Shown here: positions 36,755 through 50,740 of the stretch, in pieces
Layout: each line of letters begins with the position of its first letter
How positions within the stretch are numbered: the stretch's first letter is position 1
NCBI RefSeq assembly: GCF_963921235.1
Contig: NC_086097.1
Span: forward strand, 152,708,001-152,772,000
Direction of reading: 5' to 3'
Source: Mobula hypostoma
Lineage: Eukaryota
Length of the DNA stretch: 64,000 nt
Program-made: the position numbers and the translations under genes
The notes under the pieces: generated by a model
What the model was told of the DNA's origin: nothing
Databases searched by the model: none
Seen by the model: the letters and a program-made list of their open reading frames with translations, nothing else

Positions 36755-37221
36755 ATATATGGGAGAGTGAGGAGATAATCAATCAGAGTTGCAGGGAAGT
36801 CGTCACCTCTAAGTTGCAGGAGGTGAGTAACTGGATGACTGTCAGGGGAAATTGAAAGGTGAATAGGCAGTCAGCACAGAGCACCCCTGTGGCCATTCCC
36901 TTCAATAATAAGTATACCACTTTGGATGCTGTTGTTGGGAATGACGTCCCAGAGGAATGTGATGGAAACCGGGTTACTGGAACTGAGCATGGGTCCTTGA
37001 CGCAGAAGGGAAAGAGGAAGAAGAGGGGAGTGGTAGTGATGGGGGACACAATAGTCAGAGGAACAGACAGGAGATTCTGTGGATGTGAACAGGACACTTG
37101 AATGGTATGTTGCCTCCTAGCTACCAGGGTCAGGGACTTCTCGGATTACGTCCACAGCATTTTGGAGGGTGAGGGAGAGCAGCCTGATGTCTTGGGACAT
37201 ATTGGTACCATTACCATGGGA
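36755..37221 (+). mobile_element. CR1 ORF1 fragment (SGNH/esterase-like region)
   Basis: PVAIPFNNKYTTLD...VVVMGDTIVRGTDRRFCG...MVCCL, the CR1 ORF1 GDS-type motif. Confidence 0.8.
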
Positions 37222-40185
37222 AGACCATAAGACCATAAGACAAAGGAGCAGAAGTAGGCCATTCGGCCCATCGAGCCTCCTCCGCCATTTTATCATGAGC
37301 TGATCCATTTTATCCTATTTAGTCCCACTGCCCCGCCTTCTCACCATAACCTTTGATGCCCTGGCTCCTCAGATACCTATCAATCTCTGCCTTAAGTACA
37401 CCCAATGACTTGGCCTCCACTGCTGCCCATGGCAACAAATTCCATAAATTCACCACCCTCTGGCTAAAAAAATTTCTTCGCATTTCTGTTCTGAATTCAT
37501 GCCCTCTCGTACTAGACTCCCTCATCATGGGAAACAACTTTGCCACATCCACTCTGTCCATGCCTTTTAACATTCGAAATGTTTCTATGAGGTCTCCCCT
37601 CATTCTTCTAAACTCCAAGGAATACAGTCCAAGAGCAGACAAACGTTCCTCATATGTTAACCCTCTCATTCCCGGAATCATTCTCGTGAATCTTCTCTGT
37701 ACCCTCTCCAACATCAGCACATCCTTTCTTAAATAAGGAGACCAAAACTGCCCACAGTACTCCAAGTGAGGTCTCACCTGCGCCTTATAGAGCCTCAACA
37801 TCACATCCCTGCTCCTATACTCTATTCTTCTAGAAATGAATGCCAACATTGCATTCACCTTCTTCACTACTGACTCAACCTGGAGGTTAACTTTAAGGGA
37901 ATCCTGTACGAGGACTCCCAAGTCCCGTTGCATCTCAGAACTTTGAATTCTTTCCCCATTTAAATAATAGTCTGCCCATTTATTTTTTCTGCCAAAGTAC
38001 ACAACCATACACTTTCCAACATTGTACTTCATTTGCCACTTCTCTGCCCATTCTTCCAATCTATCCAAGTCTCTCTGCAGACACTCCGTTTCCTCAGCAC
38101 TACCGGCCCCTCCACCTATCTTCGTATCGTCAGCAAACTTAGCCACAAAGCCATCTATTCCATAATCCAGATCGTTGATGTACAATGTAAAAAGAAGCGG
38201 CCCCAACACTGATCCCTGTGGAAAACCACTGGTAACCGGCAGCTAACCAGAATAGGATCCCTTTATTCCCACTCTCTGTTTCCTGCCAATCAGCCAACGC
38301 TCTTTCCACGTATGTAACTTTCCTGTAATTCCATGGGCTCTTATCTTGTTAAGTAGCCTCATGTGTGGCACCTTGTCAAAGGCCTTCTGAAAATCCAAAT
38401 ATACAACATCCACTGCATCTCCCTTGTCTAGCCTACTGGTAATTTCCTCAAAAAATTGTAATAGGTTTGTCAGGCAGGATTTTCCTTTAAGGAATCCATT
38501 CTAAGTTCTGCCTATCTTGTCATATGCCTCCAGGTACTCTGTAATCTCATCCTTGACAATCGACTCCAACACTTCCCAACCACCGACATCAAGCTAACAG
38601 GTCTATAATTTCCTTTTTGCTTCCTTGTCCCCTTATTAAATAGCGGAGTGACATTTGCAATCTTCCAGTCTTCCGGAACCATGCCAGAATCTATCGACTT
38701 TTGAAAGATCATTGCTAATGCCTCCGCAATCTCCACAGCTACTTCCTTCAGAACACGAGGGTGCATTCCATCTGGTCCAGGAGATTTATCGACCTTTAGC
38801 CTATTCAGCTTCCTGAGTACTTTCTCTGTCGTAATTGTGACTGCGCACACTTCTCTTCCCTGCCACCCTTGAGTGTCCGGTATCCTGCTGTCTTCCTCAG
38901 TGAAGACTGATGCAAAATACTTGTTCAGTTCCTCTGCCATCTCCTCATCTCCCATTACAATTTCTCCAGTATCATTTTCTATCGGTCCTATATCTACTCT
39001 CACCTGCCTTTTACTCTTTATATACTTGAAAAAGCTTTTAGTATCCTCTTTGATATTATTTGCTAGTTTCCTTTCATAGTTAATCTTTTCTCTCTTAATG
39101 ACCTTCTTGGTTTCCTTTTGTAAGGTTTTAAAAACTTCCCAATCCTCTGTCTTCCCACTAATTTTTGCTTCCTTGTATGCCCTCTCCTTTGCTTTAACTT
39201 TGGCTTTGACTTCTCTTGTCAACCATGGTTGCATCCTTTTTCCACTCGAAAATTTCTTCTTTTTTGGAATATACCTGTCTTGCACATTCCTCATTTTTCG
39301 CATAAACTCCAGCCACTGCTGCTCTGCCGTCTTTCCCGCCAGTGTCTCTTTCCAGTCAACTTTGGCCAGTTCCTCTCTCATGCCACTGTAATTTCCTTTA
39401 CTCCACTGAAACACTGACACATCAGATTTCGGCTTCTCTTTTTCTAATTTCACAGTTAACTCAATCATGTTATGATCACTGCCTCCTAAGGGTTCCTTCA
39501 CCTCAATCTCTCTAATCACCTCCGGTTCATTACACAATACCCAATCCAGTACAGCCGATCCCCTAGTGGGCTCAACAACAAGCTGTTCTAAAAAGCCATC
39601 TTGCAGACATTCTACAAATTCTCTCTCTTGAGATCCAGTGATGACCTGATTTTTCTAATCTACTCGTATGTTAAAATCTCCCACAATTATCATGACACTG
39701 CCCTTCTGACAAGCCTTTTCTATTTTCAGTTGTAATTTGTAGTCCACATCCCTCCAGCTGTTTGGAGGCCTATAAATAACTGCCATCAGGGTCCTTTTAC
39801 CCCTGCTATTCCTTAGCTCAACCCATAAAGATTCTGCACCTTCCGATCATATATCACCTCTTTCTAATGATTTAATATCATTTCTTACCAATAAAGCCAC
39901 GCCTCCCCCTCTGCCTACCTTCCTATCCTTCCGATACACCGTGTATCCTTGGACGTTCAGCTCCCAGAGACATGCATCCTTTAGCCACGTCTCAGTGATG
40001 GCCACAATATCATACCTGCCAAACTGTAGCTGTACAACAAGATCATCCACCTTATTCCTTATGCTGCGTGCATTTAAGTACAACACCTTAAGACCAGTAT
40101 TTGATACTTTTTGCTTTGATTTCACTGCAACTTTATTGCACTTCAACTCATCCCAATGGCTACACATTTGCCCCATCACCTGTCC
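37222..40185 (-). mobile_element. CR1 (HER1-like) LINE, near-complete ORF2 plus 3' UTR, disrupted
   Basis: ORFs 39847-40257 (LYLNARSIRNK, ITETWL), 38512-39537 (GGSDHN, KSPGPDGMHPRVLKE) and 37319-38209 (KFADDTK, RPHLEYC); (ATGGTCTT)n tail; a few stops and frameshifts. Confidence 0.95.
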
Positions 40186-40189
40186 AGTT

Positions 40190-41615
40190 CCAAAGTAGAC
40201 AGGATGAAGGGCACTGCTCCATTTCCTGAAGCCAATGGCCAGCTCTTTTGTTGACATTGAGGAAAGATTATTGTTTTGACATTATTTTACTGAGCTCTCT
40301 TTTTCCTTCCTGTACTCTGACTTATTGTTATTTGAGGTACAGCTTACCACGGTGTTATCAACTGCAAACCTGTAGATGGCATTAGAGCAGAATCTGGCCA
40401 CACAGCTGCGAGTGTACAGAAAGTAGAGGTGGGGGCTGAGGACACAACCTTGTGCAGCACCAGTGTTTAGAAAAATCATGGTGATGATGTTGCTGCCTAT
40501 CCTTACTGATTGGATTCAGTTGGTCAGGGAATTGAGAATTCAGTTACAGAGGTAGGCATGAATACCATTGTTTGGTGATAAATTATTGTTGAAGGCAGAG
40601 CTGTGGTCAAGGAACAATACCCTGATGTACCTTTACTATACTGATGTTCTTGAGATGAGTGTAGGGCCAGACCTGTTTCAGTACAGGTCCGCAATCCCTT
40701 ATCCAAAATCCTTGGGGCCAGTTGCATTTCGCAATTCAGAATTTTTCGGATTTCAGACTCCCCCCCTGCCCCCCGCCGATACCAAAAAACACATATGCTC
40801 AAGTCTCTTATTTAACCTGACTCAGTGCGGTGGATTTTAGGTCCCGGCGGCGCACCAAACCTACGCAGATCCTCCCTTATAATTTAAATCATCTCTGGAT
40901 TACTTATAATACCTAATACAATGTAAATACTATGTAAATAGTTGTTATGCTGTATTGTTTAGGGAATAATGACAAGAAGAAATTTTATTTCCAACAGAAA
41001 TATTCAATAAAACATAAAAATATGCAGCTTCAAACAAACTGAATCAAACACATGGTAAATGACTTGTTGGAATAAATGTAGAACGTCACTCTCACTGTCA
41101 CTTTAAAACTTCAGTAACTTGTCTTTCTGTTTATTTAAATCATATACAGTGGTAGTTCCAACACTATTTTCTTCAGTAAGACGCTGCACAGACACACCAC
41201 GATCAAGCTTCCGCAATAACTCCACTTTCTGCGTTATTGATAATGATAGATGCTTCCTTCTCTTTTTCTCATTGTTACCCATAGGGGTATCTGCAGCTCT
41301 TCTTGACATTTTCACAGTTAAATTAAACACACAATCAACAGTGAACACAAAATATTAGCGAACAGCAAATGCACGTGTAACCAGTACGAGCGCTGAGCCA
41401 CAACTGACGTCTGGCGGCCTCTGCTAGTGCTGCCACGTCACACCTGAGTGACGGCAGCTGTTGGCAAAAAAAATTTCAGTTTTCGGAGCTTTTTGGATTT
41501 CAGAATTTCGGATAAAGGAATGTGCACCTGTAATAGACAATTTGCAATAGGTCGAAGTTGTCTGGAAGTTTGGAATTAATGCAGGCCATGTCATGACCAG
41601 CCTCATGAAGCATTT
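40190..41615 (-). mobile_element. Rex1/Babar RT fragment split by a Tigger element
   Basis: NTGAAQGCVLSPHLYFLYT...RFAVDNTVV; sequence continues after 41532. Confidence 0.75.
40684..41530 (-). mobile_element. Tigger/pogo DNA transposon, internally deleted
   Basis: TIRs CAGGTCCGCAATCCCTTATCCAAAAT and, reverse-complemented, CAGGTGCACATTCCTTTATCCGAAAT; TA TSDs; ORF 41103-41348 is a CENP-B/psq-type HTH (KRRKHLSLSITQKVELL...VGTTTVYDLNKQKDKL). Confidence 0.9.
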
Positions 41616-42544
41616 GCTAAATAGAAATTGCCATAAAGTACATCCGTTTCAATAACCAGTTCTAGTTACACTCATTAGAGTTTATGCATGGTTTCCCCAA
41701 AGGAAAGTACAGTTTGTAGATCACAACACTAACAAACAATGCAGTACACTAAATTCAAAGAAATAAATGTAAATGACTGTTTCACCTGGAAGAAGCGTCT
41801 GGGTCCCTGGGGACTGAGAAGGGAGGAGATGAAAGTACAATAGTTCTGAAGCTAATTCTGTCAGAGTACTGCCTCTAATCTGACCCAGGATGTTACAGTC
41901 AATTTTTGCCCATACATTATTAATTTAACCCCACATCAAAGAATCCAATGTAAATTGTTTACAGAAAAATCAATTTGCTTGCAACAATTGCTAATTCTCC
42001 AACTAAATACAAAGCAGAATCTGTTTTAACCTGCTGTTTTACTATTGGCACATCATTAGTTTGATTTCTGACTTGCAGTTTTGCCTCACGCAACTAATTT
42101 TACATGACATCTACATCTGGTATAAGGGGAGCAAGATGTAATCGGAAGAAAAGGTCTCTGATTGAATGATTGAATTCTATAAACGAGACAATAAGGAAAT
42201 TAATATGTAATAGAAGATGGGATATTCAAAAGCAAAGGACAATCAACATATCCACTTAGTCCTTCCTTCTGATATATATTTTAACTTCCATTATTTTTTG
42301 TGGCACTTCATCACAAATAGAATTTAAAATAACCCATTTATGATTTATCCAGTATCTGAAGTTTTTCTGATTTTCATGATTTATCTGGAAGTAAAGCCAG
42401 AGAAATCTTGCAAATATTTATTTACATTGCCGCAATGCACAGCCAATCCCTGGTAATTCCATCAACTGCTGAAACAGGGACAGATGCAATTCTCTTTTGA
42501 ATGCCTGATCTGAATTAATAGCTTCTGGCAGTGAATCATACAGA

Positions 42545-42825
42545 TAGAAGAGCTGTTGTTTTACAGCTCCAATAATCGGGGTTTAGTGCTGACTTTGTAA
42601 AGTTTATACACTTTCCCTTTTATGGTGTGGATTACTCTGTGTACCCTGGTTTCCTCCACATCCCAAAGATATGTGAGTTGATAGGTTAATTAATCATTTC
42701 CCCTAGTGAGAGTGAATGAGAGAAGAAGAAAAATAAGATTAGTGTAGTATTAGTGTGAGTAGGCATTTCATAGATGGCTCACATTCAGGGGCTAAGGGGC
42801 CTGTTTCTATGCTGTATTGTTCCAT
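42545..42825 (+). mobile_element. Degraded tRNA-derived V-SINE (HE1-like)
   Basis: GGTTTCCTCCACATCCCAAAGA...GGTTAATT core and CR1-type tail GGGCCTGTTTCTATGCTGTAT. Confidence 0.65.
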
Positions 42826-43954
42826 GAAGAGAAGCATTAAAGGTTAATCCTTTAATTTTCTGATGTTGAATATGAGGAAGGTCCGGTCTCTGAGGTGGGT
42901 CATTGTTTTGGCTGAAAATGTATCTCACTGTTAATTCCTCAATAGTTGAAAATTTGGATGGAATTTGCTCATAACTTGGCGACTTAAATCCTTTCTGTTA
43001 TCCTTTCAAAGCATTTCTAGATAAAGTAGAGAACAAAGACTGAATTTAAAGTAGAAAGAAGAACAAAAGACAGAAGTTCCATAACAATATACAAATCAAT
43101 ATGCTGTCACATAAATTTTGCAGATTAAAAACCTGGCTAATATTCCTAATGTTTTGTTGTTGTGTTTTAATTATTGATCCTTTGCCAACTGGCTCAAAAC
43201 TGCAGCAAATAGTCATTAAAATTTGTGAACGTGCATTAAATGAGAGGAAAGGGGCATGGAAGCCCTCAGCAAGAAATGAACAAGAAAATATAAAGGAGAA
43301 TTGTTAAAATCTCAATGGGGAAGTGCCAGCTGGGAAAATACATTCACAAAAGTAAGAAAGTGATTCAATTGAATCAAGCAAAGTTTCTGATAATAAAATT
43401 ATTATATCTTCTCATTAATTGAAGTTTATAGCACTGGATAACTTTTGCCAGAAAGTAAAAACACCAACAATTTCAGAGCCCATGGGAAAATTATTAAATT
43501 TAGGCAATGAATTTTCTTTTGTCTGGTTCAGTACCTAAATTGGAGTTTTCACTTGCATATCTGCACATGTATGTACAGTTATTAGTTTGGCAGAGTTGTT
43601 ATATTCAGCTGAGTTGAAGAGATCTTTTTTAATAATATCTGTTGACTCTGGTCCAATACAAAATCTACAGTAATACTCTATTTTTTGACGTTTTATAGAG
43701 TTTTATTTTTGCATTTGTCAATTCAAAAGAAAAGATGTATTTCCCAATTCTTAAATCATGTTTCACATTCAGAACACTAACAACTGCATGTTCTCTGTTA
43801 CTAACAAGTAAATATTTGGCCCTAATTTATTTTTTAAAGGAGATTTATTTCGCCAACCTTCAGAACTTCACAGAGTTTTTTTTTGCTTTAGTGAGAATTT
43901 ATTGATTGTTCCGAGTGCAAGAGCTGGAAAGCATTTCAACTGATTTTCCTCTAC

Positions 43955-44165
43955 AATGGAGAAACCAAACACAGGTTGGACAATTAAGCAGAGAATCATT
44001 GCAGGGAGTTTGCAACCTGAGCCTTCTACTTTAATTCTCCATCCCAATTCTGCTTTCAGCTCTTTGATTGTGGCTTCCTGCTCTGTTACACTGAGGATCA
44101 ATGCAAGCCTCTGCCTGGGTGTGCTGCAGCCTTCCTGATTTAATATCAAATTCTCCAACTCTGGT
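43955..44165 (+). mobile_element. Old PLE GIY-YIG C-terminal remnant
   Basis: Colinear decayed homology to 1390-1635 (GET.RL, FNS, LG.LQP..NI.FSN). Confidence 0.55.
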
Positions 44166-44544
44166 CAGCTGTTTTTACTATAATTTTTAAGTTGCTACTT
44201 TGGCGGTAGGGTTTCCATCTTTGATTTTGGCTTAATTTCTCTCTCTCTCCTCTATTACAGTTTGACAACCAAGTACTGTATGTCCCAGATCCCCACTCTA
44301 AGCAACACAAAAACTGTAACCTTTAGCAGGAAATACAGATTAGTCATAGCACTGGTGTTGGAATTAAATCAAAGGTTCACTGCAATTGACATTAAAGATG
44401 TAACACAATGTGTTTGTTCTAATCTTTTTATCTTATGACAAAAGGTAAATGGAAATAATCAACAAGCCAGCCAGTACCTAGCAGCTTGCTTGGCTATAAC
44501 CATCATCTTTTCCCTTGCACCATCATCCCTACACCTGTAATCTC

Positions 44545-45660
44545 AGAATCAGCATCACATTTATTATCACCTGCATGTGTTGTGAAATTTGTTAACTTAG
44601 CAGCAACAGATCAATACAATATATGATTAATACAGAAGTAAATAAATAAATAAATTACAGGAGTGTAAAGAGAAGGGATGGCAGGCATGGTTGTTCCCTG
44701 TGGAGATCGGCTGCAGAGGTTTCCCAGCCAAATCAGCATGGCGGTTGTTGTCAGCTCTGGGCCTGAATGAAAGGAGCAAAAAATCAAGCAGCTCGTAGGA
44801 TGGGGGAAGAGACAGAACGAGCCTCTTGTTGGATTTGGAATAGGCGAGAGGAGAGAAGCTGGGAGCCAGGAGCAGGTGGGCAGTAATTTGGCCACAACTG
44901 CCAGCCCACCAACTGGATATATATATTGAATAGATAAAAAATAGTGCAAAAACAGAAATAATATATATTAAAAAGGAAGTGAGGACATGTTCATAGGTTC
45001 AATGTCCACTTAGGAATCATATGGCAGAGGGAAAGAAACTGTTCCTGAATAGCTGAGTGTGGGCCTTCGGGATTCTGCACCTCCTTCCTGATGGTAACAG
45101 TGTGATGAGGGCATCATGGTGTCCCTTAATAATGAACATCGCCTTACTAAGACACCACTTCTTGAAGATGTCTTGGGTGCTATGGAGGCTGGTACTCAAG
45201 ATGGAGCTGACTAATCTTATGATTTTCTGTAGCATCTTTCGATCTTATGCAGTAGCCCCCGCCACCCCCCCATACCAGACAGTGATGCAGCCTGTCAGAA
45301 TGCTCTCCACTGTACATCTATAAAAGTCCTCAAATGTTTTAGTTAGAGAACCAAATCTCTTCAAACTCGTAATGAAATATAGCCATTGTCTTCCCTTCTT
45401 TATAGTTCCATCAATATGTAGAGATGAAGCTAACTCCGCAGAGATCTTGACAACCAGGAACTTGAAATTGCTCACTCTATCCACTTCTGATTCCTCTATG
45501 AACATTGCTTCATGTTTCCTCGTCTAGCCCTTGCTGAAGTCCACAATCAGCTCTTTGGCGCATTACTGACATTGAGTGCAAGATTGTTGCTGTGACACCA
45601 CTCAACGAACTGGTCTACTTCGCTCCTGGATGCCCTCTCACCTTCATCAGAGCTTTTATG
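44545..45660 (-). mobile_element. Rex1/Babar 3' portion
   Basis: FYRCTVESILTGCITVWYG and LLPSGRR...FRNSFFPSAI; minus-strand tail ...GATAATAAATGTGATGCTGATTCTGA. Confidence 0.85.
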
Positions 45661-46086
45661 AACAATGGCTGTCTCTTCACTTAATTTATGTATCATCTGC
45701 ACTCATCTTTCTTGGGCCTCCTACATTTATATTTAAAATATTAGTATATATCATGAAAAGGAAGTGAATCTGAATGAAGGCAGCCTTCTTATCACAAAAA
45801 CACTCACCCATCATTACCCATTTCTTTGTTGTCAGTTTCGGATCCAAGTTGCATCCTGATATTCCAGCCATTACAGCTCTGCTGTCATCCCTGCCAGTGT
45901 TATTTTCCAGTCAATTCTGGCTAAATCCTCGCTAATGCCTCTGTAATTCCTTGTACTTCACTGTAATATTGATATATCTGACTTTGGCTTCTCCTTCTCA
46001 TCTGATCTGTTCCTTTTCATTTGATCTCCCAAAGAGCAACACCTCACACTTGACGGTAATAAACTCCACTTGCCCTCTCTCCACCC

Positions 46087-47170
46087 AAGTTCAAAGTTCA
46101 AAGTACAAAATAAATTTATTATCAAAGTGCATATATTCAGCATAAGATTCATGCATGCTATTGCAATGAATACAAATAAATAAAAAAGAAGTCCATTGAT
46201 GAGAGGAAAAGCTCAGTGTTGGAGTAAGTGAAGTTGAATGAAGTCATCCTCTCTGTTCAGGAGCCTGATGGTTGAGGGGTAATTGTTCCTGAAACTGGAA
46301 GTGTGGGTCCTGAGGCTCCTGTACCTCCTTCCTGTTGGCAGCAGTGAGAAGAGAGCATGGCTTGGATTGTGGGGTGTCCTTAATGATGGATGCTTCTTTC
46401 CTGCGACAGGGCTCTATGCAGGTATGCTTAGTGTTTGGGAGTACTTTTCCGATGACGGACTGAGCTATATCCACTACTTTTTTGTAGAGTTTTGCATTCA
46501 AGGGCATTGATGTTCCCATACCAGTCTGATGCAACCAGTCAATATACTCTCCACTGCATATCTATAGAAGTTTGCCTAAGTTTTAGATCACATGCCGAAT
46601 CTTCACAAACTTCGAAGGAAGTAGAAGCACTGCTATGCTTTCTTTGTAATGGCACTTAGTTGCTGGAACCAGGACAGGTCCTCAACAATGATAAAGCCAA
46701 GGAATTTAAAGTTGCAGACCCTCTCCACCTCTGATCCCCCGATGAGGACTGGCTCATGGTTTCCTCCTCCTGTAGTCAATAGTCAGCTCCTTTGTCTTGC
46801 TGACGTTGATTGAGAGGTGTTGTTATGGCACCATTCAGCTAGATTTTTGATTTCCCTCTTATACACTGATTCACCACCATCTTTGGTTTAGCCAGCAGTT
46901 GTGTTTTTTCCAGCAAACTTAAATATGGCACTGGGGCTGTGCTTAGCCCCACAGTCATAAGTATAAAGCAAGTGGAGCAGGGGGCTAAGCACACAGCCTT
47001 GTGGTGCACCTGTGATGTTGGTGAATGTGGAGGAGATGTCGTTGCCAGTCTAAACTGACTGGAGTCTACAAGTGAGGAAATTGAGGATCCAGTTGCACAA
47101 GGAGATGGTAAGACCAAGAACTTGGAGCTGATTGTTTAGCTTTAAGGAGATAATATTATTGAATGTTAAG
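46087..47170 (-). mobile_element. Rex1/Babar 3' portion nested in an old CR1 fragment
   Basis: Decayed GAPQGCVLSPLL and RT C-terminal motifs; (CTTTGAA)n tail; CR1-like sequence flanks both sides (45880-46086, 47200-47480). Confidence 0.8.
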
Positions 47171-47489
47171 CTACTGAGCTGTAGCCAATCTGTCAAGTTG
47201 TAGTCAATCAGCAACTCTATATCCCTTTATATCCTTAGGCAATCTTCTGCACTATCCATATTTTATCATCATTGAACTTACGAACCCACTTACTAATGAA
47301 CATTTCCATCTAGGTAATTTATATATATCATAAATACCAGGGGTCTAAGTACTGATCCCTGCAGAACATCACTGGTCAGGGAGCTCCAGCCAGAATAAGT
47401 CTCATTGACCACTGGGCTATGTCTTTTATGGGCAAGTTTATTCCTAATCCCAATGGCCAAATCACTGTGGGTCGCAATATTTAATCCTG

Positions 47490-48620
47490 CTGCAATTCAC
47501 TTACTATCATAAGAGTTCTACAGTGCATGCAATGTCAATGGTTCATCTGCTTGGAACACCTAGAAAACAGCAAAACATATTTTAGGCCACTGTTTATCAA
47601 TTACAATTTAGCCTGGAATTCAGCACCATCACCCCCTGATTATTACTTACTGAGCTTCTAAACCTGGGCCTCTGAACCTCCCTCTGCAATGGAATTCACA
47701 TCTTGCTTATCAGGAGACTGCAGTCAGTAGAGATCGGGGATAAAATCTCCTTCACACTGTCAACCAATACAGGCGCACCTCAGACCTTTACTCTCACTGC
47801 ACTGTTGACTGTGCATCTAAATACAGATCAAATGCCATTTATAAATTTGCAGATGACACCACTGTTCTTGATAAGGTCACAGATGGCAAAAGAATGATGT
47901 GCAGGATTGAGGCAGACTGGCTGGTTGGGTAGTGTCACAACAACAACCTTGAGCATCAGCAAGACCAAAATATTGATTCTGGACTTCGGGAAGGGGAAAT
48001 CAGGAGAATATGCACCAGTCCCCGTTGAAGGTTCAGCAGTGGAAAGGGTAAGCAAGTTCCTGAGTGTCAACATCTCCGAGGATCATGAAGAAGGCATGCC
48101 AATGGCCCTACTTTGTGTTGGAGTTTGAGGAGATTTGGGATGTCACGAAAGACTCTCGCAATTTTCTAGAGATGCATGGTGGAGGTCATTCTGTTTGATT
48201 GCATCACAGCTTCAAATGGAGACCCTAATGCACAAGATCATAAGAAACTGTGGAGGGTTTTAGATTGATCCAGCCCTATCATGGGCAGAACCCACACTAT
48301 CATCAAGAACATCTTCAACAGACTGCCTTAAGAAAGCTGCCTCCATCATTGAGGATCCTCCCCATTTGGGATATGCAATCTTATCATTACTACCATCAGG
48401 GAGAAACTACGGGAGTCTGAAGGCCCACATTCAATGATTCAATGCTTCTTTCTCTTTGTCATCAGATTTCTGAATGGTCCATGAACACATGAGCACTACC
48501 TCATTATTCTGATTTTTGTACTACATATTTATTTTGCACTTTACAGCAATTTTATGTCTTTGCACTGTACAGCAAATTTCTTGTCATATAAGAGAGTGAA
48601 AATAAACCTGATTCTGATTC
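47490..48620 (+). mobile_element. Rex1/Babar degraded RT and 3' UTR
   Basis: NTGAPQ, KFADDTT, LSISKTKILILDFGKG; tail AATAAACCTGATTCTGATTC. Confidence 0.8.
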
Positions 48621-49702
48621 AGAAACAATTCTCTAGTTTGTCTCTGAAGGATTCATGAGCTGATGAATAAATGCGAAAACAGTTTGACCCAAAATGGGAG
48701 TCAGAAGACACCACATATACTGGAATCTGGAGCAACAAGCCAGCTGCTGGAGGTACTCAATAAGCCGAGCAGCATCTGAGGGAGGAAAGGAAATATAAAC
48801 ATTTCCGGTGCAGGGCTTTGTCCCAAAAAGTTGATGAGCAGTCAACAACTGAGCTGTTGCCTACTATCTATTACTGTTGCAGATTCTGATAACAGTTTAG
48901 CAAAATTGTCCTTGACAATAATGTAGCCCAAGGGGTTCATCATCTTTCTCTGCTTTTAACTCTCCAATTCTAATTACTCTTTGGCAGATGCAACCAATCT
49001 CAGCTCACCTCTGGAAATCACCACTTAGGTCCATTTTCTTTTGCAACAAAACTACAGTGTGGCTGGAACTGTGTGGCCCTGGCAAAAGCAGAAAGTAAGT
49101 TATTGCTGGGTAAGTGCCACACAGTGGCACTGCCGATGACTCCTTTCCTATTGTGCTGATAGGGAAACTATATTGATTGATCAATAACTAACAAGGATTA
49201 AATATATTTGTGAATGGCACATGCCTAGGAAATTTCCCACAATACCAGAGGGAGAGTAGTGTTGTAATTGTAGAGGAGTAGTTGACTGGAGACACAAGTA
49301 GTTCCAGAGCACAGGTCGTCCATGTTCCAGCCACAATGTAAACTGATCCCACAGGATTTGCTTTATCCAGTCGTTTCGTAGAGTGCAATGAGTTGATTGA
49401 AGACAAGCTTTTGTGTTGGAGGATCTCCGCTGGAAGCTATGATTTATTATCCCCTTGGTAGTTCTAACAACCTAAAGGCACCTAGGTGGGGATGAGGATA
49501 TTCTTGAAGCTCCATCCTCATGTTTTGGTGTTCAATTTTCCAAACATGATTGAGCGTTGATCTGATTCAGTGGTTGTTGGATTCTTTACTTTGTTTATTC
49601 AATTGTTTCCGTTATTGATGCTGTTTGTGTGTCATGTCATAGCGTCACCAGTTCTGCATCTCCTTCTTAGCTATGTCTGCTGCTGTTCTTTACTTAAAAA
49701 AA

Positions 49703-49852
49703 ATATTTAGAGATACAGCACAGAATATGCCCATCTGGCCCTTCAAGTTGCACTGACAAGTAAGCCCCAGTTTACCTTGATTTAACCTAGCCTAATCACG
49801 GGACAATTGGCAATGACCAATTAACCTACCCAGTGTGTCTTTGGCCTGTGAG
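49703..49852 (-). mobile_element. V-SINE 3' half
   Basis: Homologous to 51571-51705 (TTTAGAGATACA...GATTTAACC...ATGACCAATTAACCT). Confidence 0.7.
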
Positions 49853-50740
49853 ATTCACTTCTACACTCCTCAATGAATTGCAGCTGATCTTTTGTCTTAA
49901 TAATAGTGGTCAAGTTATGATATGTCAGGCCATGAAGTTGCAGATTGTGATGTGTTTTTCTACTGGTACTGATAGTAACAGAATTAGTTGATATTCTATA
50001 AAGCAGAATCTTATTGGATGACCTGTTTAGAGCTGCTAGATGTGCTATGAATCAATTCTATTTAGGTAATTGTAATGCCACATTATATCACAGAGGGCAT
50101 TGTTTGATGTGCATGTGGAACATCGTCTCCACAATGTGATCACTTCTAGCAATGTCATTATCGATAAATGCACATAAATGCACTGCCCACAGATAGATTC
50201 ATGAGACAAGGTCGAGTAGGTTAATCATCCTTTTTATCACTCATTACTGCCTCATCTTTGACAAAACCAAAGATAAGTTTTGCCTTTCTTCAGTCGTTAT
50301 CTTTATTTTGAAAAAAAAAGATCCATTACCAACTTCCTGCCTCAACATTTGCACCATGTCACCCATTAGTCTGGTTGTTCTACTGTTGGAAACGATATGT
50401 AATGAGTAGCTGTTTAGTTGGCCTCCTTTAAATTATAAATGCACTGTGAGGAGTGAAAGTACTCAAGTACCCAAAGTTCAAAGTTCAAAATCAATTTATT
50501 ATCAAAGTACATAATATGTCACCATGTACAACCGTGAGATTTATTTTCTTGTGGACATTCAGAATAAATACAAGGAAACACAATAAAATCAATGAAAAAA
50601 TACAGCAAAGACAGACAAACAAACAATGTGCAAAACACAACAGATCATACAAATACAAAAAGATAAGCAAAATAATAATAAGTAAATAAATAATAAATAA
50701 TGTTGATAACATTGGCTGTAGAATTCTTGAAAGTGAGTCC

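Noticed and set aside
41103..41348. Domesticated TIGD/JRK-type gene
   Set aside because: Only the N-terminal HTH is present, inside a TIR- and TA-bounded deleted transposon; no DDE domain.
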